Shown piece by piece: positions 1-7,669 of a stretch of DNA of 32,406 nt. The position numbers were made by a program, and so were the translations under genes. Below the pieces are notes generated by a model. That model was not told the DNA's origin. It ran no database searches and saw only the letters and a list, made by a program, of their open reading frames with translations. How positions within the stretch are numbered: the first letter of the stretch is position 1; every line of letters begins with the position of its first letter. This DNA comes from Candidatus Kaiserbacteria bacterium RIFOXYD1_FULL_42_15 (GTDB taxonomy: Bacteria > Patescibacteriota > Minisyncoccia > Phycocordibacterales > UBA918), in assembly GCA_001783565.1 (NCBI GenBank), contig MFMT01000040.1, positions 1 to 32,406 on the forward strand, in the 5' to 3' direction.

Positions 1-156
1 CTTAAAGTGGCGTGTGTTAAAATTAAAAAATCCACCAGAGTGGTGGTGCAAAATTATTAGGTGAGGTGTTCGGTTATTGGGGTTAATGTGGGAGCCCTCA
101 TCATTTATGATAATAGCACATTTAACGCAAAAAGTCAATAATTTAACTAAAATTGG

Positions 157-184
157 TTGCAAAAGGCTAATATTCTTGTATACT
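157..184 (+). promoter_or_regulatory. sigma70-like promoter candidate upstream of rplK
   Basis: TTGCAA (157-162), 16-nt spacer, TATACT (179-184), preceded by TG. Lies about 110 nt upstream of the rplK ATG. Confidence 0.3.
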
Positions 185-295
185 GCGGAGGCTTCTAGGG
201 AGGTTTGGTATGGACCCAGACTTACCCGCAAATGTTTAAATCAGACACTAATTACCAATACTTAAGGACTAATGGCTAACAGCTAATAACTAACC

Positions 296-718
296 ATGGC
301 AAAGAAACTCGTAAAGAAAATCAAAGTGCAAGCAACGGGTGGTAAAGCTACTCCAGCTCCACCACTTGGCCCCGTCTTGGGACAGGCCGGTATCAATATC
401 GGCGAATTCGTTAATCAATTCAACGAACAAACTCGTGAGCGCATGGGCGAAGTGGTACCAGTAGAGATCTCAGTTTTTGATGACCGAACTTTTACATTCT
501 TCACCAAGACTTCTCCTGCTTCCCGTCTGATTCTAAAGAAAATAGGAAAGGATAAAGGTTCAGGGAAAAACCTCACTTCAAAAGCCGGAACTATTACCAA
601 AGCCCAAATACGCGAAATCGCCGAAGAAAAAATGCCCAACCTCAATGCTTCATCAATTGAGACTGCCATGAAGAGTATCGAAGGCACCGCTAGGAGCATG
701 GGCGTGGAAGTGATCTAA
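296..718 (+). CDS. rplK: 50S ribosomal protein L11
   Basis: 140-aa [37 protein letters not shown] is the canonical L11 N-terminal domain. Confidence 0.97.
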   Translation: MAKKLVKKIKVQATGGKATPAPPLGPVLGQAGINIGEFVNQFNEQTRERMGEVVPVEISVFDDRTFTFFTKTSPASRLILKKIGKDKGSGKNLTSKAGTITKAQIREIAEEKMPNLNASSIETAMKSIEGTARSMGVEVI

Positions 719-873
719 TATCACTTCCACGAAGCTTTTGAGATATATTTAAAGCTTTGCTTTAGAATATATCCAAAAGGTATACAGCTTCTGTAAGAAG
801 TGGAAGTGATCTAATATCACTTCCACGAAGCTTTTGAGATAGTTTTGACTGGAAGGAAAAAATATCCAAAAGG
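704..873. repeat. two tandem ~96-bp units duplicating the rplK 3' end and its stop-codon hairpin
   Basis: The 42-bp block at 704-745 is identical to 800-841. ATATCCAAAAGG occurs at 769-780 and 862-873. Each unit begins with an 11-bp-stem hairpin, GTGGAAGTGAT/ATCACTTCCAC. Confidence 0.9.
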
Positions 874-1007
874 CTGAAATAACATGGGATGTTATTTCAG
901 GAGGTTGCCAGCTACGTAGTAGCGACAACCTGTACTGAATTCGTAGAATTTACTGTTCCTGTAAGGAATGATTATTTTTGACTAGATATTTAAAGATAGT
1001 AAATAAT

Positions 1008-1039
1008 AACAAAAGCGTGCCCTTGGGCGCGCTTTTGTT
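1008..1039 (+). terminator. hairpin, probable bidirectional intrinsic terminator ending the rplK transcript
   Basis: AACAAAAGCG..GCC-CTT-GGC..CGCTTTTGTT stem with an A-rich 5' flank and a T-rich 3' flank. Confidence 0.5.
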
Positions 1040-1183
1040 ATTAATCCCTCTAGAATCACCATAAAAGGATAGATTTTTCATCATTAGGGCTATTTTTGTA
1101 AGAAAAGTCATTTTCATGCGTCAAAGGATTTAGAATAGTACAACGTGTCTGAATGGCACTAAAACAGAAGGGAAGGTTCATCC

Positions 1184-1627
1184 ATGGAGAAAAAAGTAGT
1201 CGGTCTCGAAATACTGAAATTCAATTTTTTTGGTTTGAAATGGAACCAAGCTGATCACTTGGTTTTGATGGTTTTTGATTCCACATCTCACACCTTCGCT
1301 GTCTTTGGCCAAAGACAGCTAGATAGGGGAATGGAGGGTATCTGGTTTGGAAATCCAAAAGCCAGAGCCAAAAAAATCCTGAAGAATTTTTCGCCAAGCA
1401 AGGGACAAATTTTGTCTGTGGCGTATCAAGGATCAGTGGCCTTGAAATGCCAACGTCGCCACTATGTTTTGGTTGAGATGGATTATTGCTCTTTTTCACC
1501 ACAAACTGGCTACAAAACTCTCAATCCTCGGGCGGATTTAGTGGCAGCTCTAGGAGAGATTAACGCGAAAAATATCGCCAAAATCTTGGCGAAAAAATTT
1601 CCTGACCTGTTTCAAATAGCTGCTTAA
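1184..1627 (+). CDS. hypothetical protein (147 aa), no recognisable family
   Basis: Longest ORF in the interval. GGAAGG lies upstream of the ATG and a terminator hairpin follows. No motif recognised. Confidence 0.5.
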   Translation: MEKKVVGLEILKFNFFGLKWNQADHLVLMVFDSTSHTFAVFGQRQLDRGMEGIWFGNPKARAKKILKNFSPSKGQILSVAYQGSVALKCQRRHYVLVEMDYCSFSPQTGYKTLNPRADLVAALGEINAKNIAKILAKKFPDLFQIAA

Positions 1628-1653
1628 GACTCCTGCGACATGATGGTCGCCCT

Positions 1654-1686
1654 GACGACGCCTTTACTAATTAGGCGTCGTTTTTA
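1654..1686 (+). terminator. intrinsic terminator after the 147-aa ORF
   Basis: CGACGCC (1656-1662) pairs with GGCGTCG (1674-1680), followed by TTTTT. Confidence 0.6.
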
Positions 1687-1818
1687 CATATTAAAGTTTT
1701 GACTTAATTTAAGTATATTTACCAACATGAACATTAATATTAAATTATTTTAATGCAGACAATAGAAACAAAAAAATTTATTTTTCATTTCAGCGTTTTG
1801 GCTGGTATACTAGCCAAT

Positions 1819-2925
1819 ATGCAATTATCTCATTTTGGGGCACTTCCCGACCAACTTATTGAAGGGTTAATTAATGGTGGGTCTATTATTGGCGCCGATA
1901 AAAACCATATTTCTCCTGCCTCACTTGACTTAACGATTACTGATGAAATCTACACTATTCGTGGGCTGATGTTACCGAAGCCCGGGGAGAAAATACGCGA
2001 CCTGTTGACTTTGATGGAGGCCAAGCGAGCATCCCTGTCTGAGCCACTTGCCTGCGGAGGATTATATCTCGCTAAATTAAATGAATCTCTGGCGCTACCA
2101 AGAGAGGTCTATGGATACTGTAATCCAAAATCATCAACCGGTCGGCTTGATATGCACGTGAGAGTTTTGGCGGATGGTGTACCTCGTTTCGATTCGGTAA
2201 CACCAAAGGGATTCAGCGGGGAATTGTGGGTGGCCATTATTCCGCAATCATTTAGTGTACAAATACACGACAAGACTCCGCTTACTCAACTCCGTCTGTT
2301 TACAGCAGATACTAGATTTTCTAATTTAGATTTAGAAATTGCGATGAAGAACGGATTGGTGTTTGAATACAAAACTGAAAAGCAATTATCCTATAGCGAC
2401 CTTGTCACCAATGATCAGGACGGGACAGTAGTGTTGACTGCCTTGGTAGAGGAAGGATTATGTGGATATGAATGCATTGCCAAACCGGAGCAAGTTTTAG
2501 ATATAGCCAAGGTCGGCAGTTATGAGCCGGCAGATTTTTTCATGCCATTAACAATTGAAGATGGAGCTCTGCGATTACAACGCGATAAATTTTATATTCT
2601 TTCTGGTGCTGAATCTGTCCGTATTCCTCCAACATTAGCTTCAGAAATGGTGCCGATGGATGAACGCAGTGGTGACTTTCGTTCCCATTATGCAGGATTT
2701 CTTGATCCGGGCTGGGGGTATGGCCAAAATGGCGAAGGTAAGGGGCGGCCTTTCACACTCGAGGTAAGACCATTTGAAAATCTGGTGGTACGCAGTGGTC
2801 AACCAATTGCAAAGATTCGTTTTGAACGGATGAGCGAAATACCAGATATACACTATGATGTCAAACGGTCTAATTATTTAATCCAGTCAGGACCAAAATT
2901 AGGCAAGCAATTTAAACCCCTTTAA
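1819..2925 (+). CDS. dcd: 2'-deoxycytidine 5'-triphosphate deaminase, long (~360-aa) DCD family
   Basis: GALPDQLIEGLI, ISPASLDLT, CNPKSSTGRLDMHVRV and LTQLRLF fit the long dCTP deaminase family. I prefer ATG 1819 (MQLSHFGALPDQ) over the track start 1753. Confidence 0.82.
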   Translation: MQLSHFGALPDQLIEGLINGGSIIGADKNHISPASLDLTITDEIYTIRGLMLPKPGEKIRDLLTLMEAKRASLSEPLACGGLYLAKLNESLALPREVYGYCNPKSSTGRLDMHVRVLADGVPRFDSVTPKGFSGELWVAIIPQSFSVQIHDKTPLTQLRLFTADTRFSNLDLEIAMKNGLVFEYKTEKQLSYSDLVTNDQDGTVVLTALVEEGLCGYECIAKPEQVLDIAKVGSYEPADFFMPLTIEDGALRLQRDKFYILSGAESVRIPPTLASEMVPMDERSGDFRSHYAGFLDPGWGYGQNGEGKGRPFTLEVRPFENLVVRSGQPIAKIRFERMSEIPDIHYDVKRSNYLIQSGPKLGKQFKPL

Positions 2926-2953
2926 TCATTGCCCAGCATCTTTAGAGGGAAAT

Positions 2954-3207
2954 GTCTTTGCGAACGCCTTTAGCTACGAGCGGAGCGCGACAGGTAATAA
3001 TTCATGTAAGCCACCACCACTCTGGATCGCCACGCTCCGCTCGCGATGACTTTTCGCTTTTGTTTTTACGAGTCAGTGCGTAGTAGCAACCCACGCTGTT
3101 TCTTCATACTGGATTGCCACGTCACTCGCTTGCCAGCTCCCTCCTCACAAAGACGCAAACGGTCCCCACCACCGTCTTTGCGAGCCACGCGAAGCAATCC
3201 ACGTCGT
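2954..3207. repeat. REP/BIME-like nested palindromic repeat cluster A
   Basis: Units share the ends CGTCTTTGCGA(G/A) and GCAATCCA. They are: degenerate long unit 2954-2994 (+), 3021-3050 (-, variant), 3110-3155 (-), 3173-3203 (+). The cluster sits between the convergent 3' ends of dcd and thyX. Confidence 0.85.
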
Positions 3208-3263
3208 CACTAAACACATTCAGATATTCACTCAAGTTGAAAAATAAAAGTAGCATTTCATAT

Positions 3264-3291
3264 TTTATATCGCGATTAATCGCGATATAAA
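3264..3291. repeat. 28-bp perfect palindrome TTTATATCGCGATTAATCGCGATATAAA in an AT-rich spacer
   Basis: Checked base by base; the symmetry centre lies between 3277 and 3278. Confidence 0.9.
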
Positions 3292-3373
3292 TGTTTATTA
3301 ATTTGATGACAGTATTTCTAAATCCCATTTAGGGGCATTATATATTTTTATTTGGTTATTAAATTTTAGAAAT

Positions 3374-3399
3374 CGCCGCGAACCATAGGGTTCGCGGCG
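3374..3399 (-). terminator. intrinsic terminator downstream of thyX
   Basis: CGCCGCGAACC / GGTTCGCGGCG form an 11-bp GC-rich stem 8 nt past the thyX stop, with a T-rich tract on the minus strand. Confidence 0.7.
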
Positions 3400-3406
3400 C
3401 TTATTT

Positions 3407-4783
3407 TCAGTCCGGTCGCTTGACTATGTCGTGTTCACCACGCTTCACATTGAAGCGGCCGGGGTCGGGATCGAGATGAAACCGAAGACCGATGTCACCA
3501 TAGGTGTCGGCTAAGATACCAGCCATTTCCACCGCCCTCGAAGAGAGCGTTGGGTGTACCATGCTGGTGGCCCTAAGTTCAAGCAGATAGACCAGGGCGG
3601 GCAAATCCCCAGCGAGATAGTTACTGATGTTGTATCCCATCGGCAGATAGTATTGTCGCATGGCTGTATCATCAGTAAGACTGGCGGTGACATCAGCTTG
3701 CTCAGCGATGAGTTTCTCCGCCTCAACTCGTAGTGTCGGTGTCAGTTGCGACAGATACCACTCGTTGAAACCGAGCTCGGCTGTCAAAAGAGGCATCCGT
3801 TGCGTTACGGCTCGATGACGCTGGATGTCACGAAAAGAACCGAAGTCCAGTGTGAAAGCAAAAGCAGCTTCGCCATACACCCCAAGCCATTTTGGTAGTT
3901 CGGTTTTTGGTGGTCGGTTGGCAAGTAAATCGCGATAGGGAACAAGTGCCACCTTGTCTACACCGTCACGCACCAAGGCCATGTCGGGCGAGTCTGGGTT
4001 GTGGTAATAGTATCTCGCTATTGTTTCTTCTATGTAATAACGCTCTGTCGCTTCGTACCGTTTCTTTTCTTTATCGAAAGAATTCGGATAGGTGGCGATA
4101 AGGGCGTCTTCCAGGACGTTGGCAATGTCCTGCACTTCGGGCAAAGGATGGTGACGGAGTTGTTGAACCCGGTCAGCAAATTGCCGTAAGGTACCAGACC
4201 AAGCCAGATTAGTTGAGGCACCAGCTGGCAAAAAGCCACGGCAGATATCAAATGCTCGCGCCGCAATTGCCTTGTTGTAGGTCGCTTCTTTTTCTCCTTC
4301 TTGGATTGGATAGCGTGCCGGCAGGGCAGCTTTCATTTCTGTTACCGCTTTGAGATAGAAGGTACGCCAATGCTCGAGCACAGTTGTACCTTCAGTTGAA
4401 TCGAGTGGATTCAAAAACAGCTGGGCGGCAAAGTCGATGTAGCGAGTCGAGGCCTCTTGTCCATTGTAAAGCTTCGAGTCCTGAATCGCTTTGGCGGCCA
4501 GCATTGAGACCCCTTCGATAAAGACAACGGCAGTGCCACAATCGCCGATAGACTTGTGTCCGTAGCCGACATAGTGTGTCGACATGAATTTGTCGGCACC
4601 CTTTTCGGCCAAGACTTTGAGATGTTCGTCCACACCGCCGGTCGAGCGCGAGTGAAGGGCTTGGAGCATGGCTAATGCTTCAGCCGATAGAACAGCGCCT
4701 GGGTCGATGATAACGATTTTACCGCCCCCCTTAAGGGTACTGCGGTGGTGATTCAGGGTCTTGATGGTTTGCATGGTCTTCAT
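3407..4783 (-). CDS. thyX: flavin-dependent thymidylate synthase ThyX, long tandem-domain form (458 aa)
   Basis: Two ThyX-like halves. The N-half has GHKSIGD..QEASTRY..ARAFDICRGFLPAGASTN. The C-half has FRDIQRHRAVTQR..LELRAT..HP. Confidence 0.72.
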   Translation of the reverse strand: MKTMQTIKTLNHHRSTLKGGGKIVIIDPGAVLSAEALAMLQALHSRSTGGVDEHLKVLAEKGADKFMSTHYVGYGHKSIGDCGTAVVFIEGVSMLAAKAIQDSKLYNGQEASTRYIDFAAQLFLNPLDSTEGTTVLEHWRTFYLKAVTEMKAALPARYPIQEGEKEATYNKAIAARAFDICRGFLPAGASTNLAWSGTLRQFADRVQQLRHHPLPEVQDIANVLEDALIATYPNSFDKEKKRYEATERYYIEETIARYYYHNPDSPDMALVRDGVDKVALVPYRDLLANRPPKTELPKWLGVYGEAAFAFTLDFGSFRDIQRHRAVTQRMPLLTAELGFNEWYLSQLTPTLRVEAEKLIAEQADVTASLTDDTAMRQYYLPMGYNISNYLAGDLPALVYLLELRATSMVHPTLSSRAVEMAGILADTYGDIGLRFHLDPDPGRFNVKRGEHDIVKRPD

Positions 4784-4964
4784 TGTAGCAACCTTTCTGG
4801 TGTCGAGGAACGGGTTTGGAACAAGTTCATTGTCAGCGTATCAGATTGGCGATGAGTCAAGGATTGACAGTGAAGATTACCTGTATAGCAATATAATTAA
4901 ATGCTAATTCTGTGATTAACTAACGGGTAGAAAAATAGAAACCATGATACAAGGAGGTATCCTT

Positions 4965-5605
4965 ATGTCTGCAAAACTTATTCTAATCGAGGGGGGGGTG
5001 ACGGTAGTGGTAAAAGCACCCTTGTCAGAAACCTCACAGAAGCCCTAAAAAAGGAGGGGCAGGATGTTATTGTAACGCGTGAACCGGGCGGTTCACCCAA
5101 GGCCGAAGAAATTCGTCGCCTTATCTTGCAACGAGAGACCGGCGACAACTTTTCGCCCGATGCCGAGATGTTGCTTTTCTACGCAGCCAGACTGCAACAT
5201 CTGTCCGATATTATCGTTCCAGCTTTGATCCGTGGAGAGATTGTGATTTGTGACCGTTTTGAAGTGTCAACCTACGCCTATCAAATTCACGCTCGTTCAG
5301 GTAACGAACCTCTCTTTGCCAAACTCCATCAAGAGGTAGTTCGTCTTCTTAAGCCGCTCAATGTCCATTGTGTCTATGCACATTGCGATATTGACCCTGA
5401 AATTGCCGCCAAACGCGTAGCGTCTGCTGGCAGACTATTACCAGATGTTTTTGACGCCCGCGAACACGCTTTTCATGCACGGGTACGAGAGGGTTATAAG
5501 GTTGCTTCAGGGCATCTCGATGTCATGTTCGAGCACGTTATACTTGATGCAGCCCAAACTCCCGAAGAAGTATTAGCAGAGCTTCGTCACAAACTCAATA
5601 TCTGA
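4965..5605 (+). pseudogene. tmk: thymidylate kinase with its reading frame broken at a G8 homopolymer (track ORF 5126..5605 is the 3' part)
   Basis: AAGGAGG (4951-4957) and ATG 4965 encode MSAKLILIEGG. After the G8 run (4991-4998) that frame stops at 5046-5048. The P-loop GDGSGKST..TREPGG and the rest of Tmk continue in the -1 frame. Confidence 0.85.
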
Positions 5606-5610
5606 GTCAT

Positions 5611-5640
5611 CCGGCGCGCAGTCCCAGTGACTGCGCGCCG
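5611..5640 (+). terminator. intrinsic terminator after tmk
   Basis: CGGCGCGCAGTC (5612-5623) pairs with GACTGCGCGCCG (5629-5640), a 12-bp GC stem. AATATAATTTTT follows. Confidence 0.65.
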
Positions 5641-5672
5641 AATATAATTTTTGTTATACTATAAATACAATT

Positions 5673-6095
5673 ATGCAACTCCCCGTTAAAAAACTTCACC
5701 CAGTCGCTACAATACCTCAGTATGCTCACCATAATGATGCAGGGATGGATTTGTTTTCTGTTTCCGAAATCACTATTCAACCCCAAGAACGAGTTTCTGT
5801 TCCTACTGGTATTGCGATGCAGATACCCGATGGATATGTTGGACTAATTTGGGATAAGAGCGGTATCTCACAGAAGTTTGGTTTAAAAACTCTTGGGGGC
5901 GTAGTAGATGCCGGTTACCGCGGTGAAATTTTTGTTGGGCTATATAATACTGGAGATAATCCTCATACTTTTGAAGCTGGTCAAAAACTAGCCCAAATTA
6001 TCATTCAGAAGATTGAACAGCCCGAAGTCATTGAGGTGTTAGAATTAGGTGATTCAATTCGAGGTGAAGGGGCCTTTGGAAGTACTGGTAAATAA
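5673..6095 (+). CDS. dut: dUTP diphosphatase
   Basis: AGMDL, GLIWDKSG, GGVVDAGYRGEI and RGEGAFGSTGK are the trimeric dUTPase motifs. Confidence 0.93.
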   Translation: MQLPVKKLHPVATIPQYAHHNDAGMDLFSVSEITIQPQERVSVPTGIAMQIPDGYVGLIWDKSGISQKFGLKTLGGVVDAGYRGEIFVGLYNTGDNPHTFEAGQKLAQIIIQKIEQPEVIEVLELGDSIRGEGAFGSTGK

Positions 6096-6155
6096 ATTAC
6101 ACATGATCTAGCGTAATAAACAACTTAGTTAATTATAAAAATAAACTTTTTCATT

Positions 6156-7424
6156 ATGCAAAAATACGAATTTATCAAAGCGCAGGATTCAGAGATATAC
6201 GCAACTTTAGTTGGTGAGGAAGCACGAGAGGCGCGAGGGATTGAATTGATTCCGAGTGAAAATTACGTCAGTAGGGCGGTACTTGAAGCGAATGGTTCAG
6301 TTTTTACCAACAAATATTCTGAAGGGTATCCGGGCAGACGTTACTATGGCGGTCAGGAGTTTACCGATATTGTAGAGACAATTGCTATAGAACGCGCCAA
6401 AAAACTTTTCAAGGCGAAGTTTGCCAACGTTCAACCACTCGGTGGAGCGGCAGCGAATGTGGCTATGTACTTTGCCTTGATGGAACCAGGCGACACTGTG
6501 CTTGGTATGGACCTCTCTCATGGTGGCCACCTTACTCATGGTCATCCAACAACTGCTATTAACAAAGTCTTCAACTTTGTGCGGTACAAGATGAAGGATG
6601 TTGATACAGGCGAAATTGATTTTGACGAATTACGCAAGGTTGCGCTCGAACACAAACCAAAGATTATCTTGGCTGGTTTCTCGGCCTACAGTCGCGAGCT
6701 TGATTATGCAAAGTTTGTTGAGATCGCGCACGAGGTTGGTGCGTACACGGTGGCTGACATGGCCCATATCGCTGGTTTGATTGCTGGTGGAGTGGTGAAG
6801 AATCCGTTTGACTTTGAATTTGATGTTATCACCACCACCACTCATAAGACCTTGCGCGGTCCACGTGGTGGAATGATTTTGGTACGTGAGAGTGAAGAAA
6901 TTGCTAAGAAAATAAATAAAGCCGTCTTTCCTGGAATGCAGGGTGGACCACACATGCATCAGATTGCCGCCAAGGCAGTTGCTTTTGGTGAAGCACTAAC
7001 TCCAGCTTTCAAAGTGTATGCAGCGCAGATTCTTAAAAACGCTAAAGCGATGGAGGCAGTTTTCAAAGCCGAGGGAATTAGATTGCTCTGTGGCGGTACC
7101 GACAATCACCTGCTATTAGCAGATGTCTTTGGTTCTCTTGGTGTGACGGGGGCAGAAGCCGAACGGGTTCTGGATGAAGTTGGCATTACTCTTAATAAAA
7201 ATATGATTGCCGACGAATCGCGTACCGCCATGGACCCATCTGGTATTCGTTTTGGTACGCCGGCCATGACGACACGTGGTATGAAGGAAGCGGAAGCCAC
7301 CAAACTAGCGGAACTAATGATTACCACCATGCGCGCCAAGGATGACAACAACAAAAAACAAGAATTACAGAAAGAAGTCCAAGCTCTCTGTGAAAGATTT
7401 CCAGTACCTGAGGTGATGGTATAA
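6156..7424 (+). CDS. glyA: serine hydroxymethyltransferase
   Basis: LIPSENY, YPGRRYYGG, and TTTTHKTLRGPRGG, which contains the PLP lysine. Confidence 0.97.
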   Translation: MQKYEFIKAQDSEIYATLVGEEAREARGIELIPSENYVSRAVLEANGSVFTNKYSEGYPGRRYYGGQEFTDIVETIAIERAKKLFKAKFANVQPLGGAAANVAMYFALMEPGDTVLGMDLSHGGHLTHGHPTTAINKVFNFVRYKMKDVDTGEIDFDELRKVALEHKPKIILAGFSAYSRELDYAKFVEIAHEVGAYTVADMAHIAGLIAGGVVKNPFDFEFDVITTTTHKTLRGPRGGMILVRESEEIAKKINKAVFPGMQGGPHMHQIAAKAVAFGEALTPAFKVYAAQILKNAKAMEAVFKAEGIRLLCGGTDNHLLLADVFGSLGVTGAEAERVLDEVGITLNKNMIADESRTAMDPSGIRFGTPAMTTRGMKEAEATKLAELMITTMRAKDDNNKKQELQKEVQALCERFPVPEVMV

Positions 7425-7601
7425 CAAACCCTAAACCACCTATTTCCCTAAAGTACAAGGTTTAACCTTGAACTCATGGCGTGGTAAAGGGTGTTGAATG
7501 CTAACATTGATTTAAAATTAAAGTCATGTTATTTTTGAAAATAGAAAAAGTGGGGAATTGGAGGACCCCCATGATTTTACTGCCCAGTCTGTTCCCAACT
7601 C

Positions 7602-7636
7602 AAGTTGCCTGTTGTTTATACAGGCAGCTTTTTTTA
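7602..7636 (+). terminator. intrinsic terminator after glyA
   Basis: The AAGTTGCCTG / CAGGCAGCTT stem is followed by a T run (7629-7636 is T-rich). Confidence 0.6.
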
Positions 7637-7669
7637 TTTATTCTCGTTCATTTGCGATATAATCATCTA

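Noticed and set aside
77-265. 62-aa ORF upstream of rplK
   Set aside because: It overlaps the predicted rplK promoter and leader, has no RBS, and has low-complexity composition. It is likely non-coding. I could not support an L1/L11-leader RNA call either.
2954-3370. Replication origin (DnaA-box-like ATCCAC(A/G) motifs next to an AT-rich stretch) or a dif site at the 28-bp palindrome
   Set aside because: The ATCCAC motif is part of a repeat present at four loci. There is no dnaA/dnaN context, no full TTATCCACA box, and the palindrome does not match the XerC/XerD arm consensus.
7526-7669. N-terminal 48-aa extension of the membrane-protein ORF (track start 7526)
   Set aside because: The extension reads through the glyA terminator hairpin and T run (7602-7636). 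ATG 7670 downstream of a TATAAT box is more plausible.
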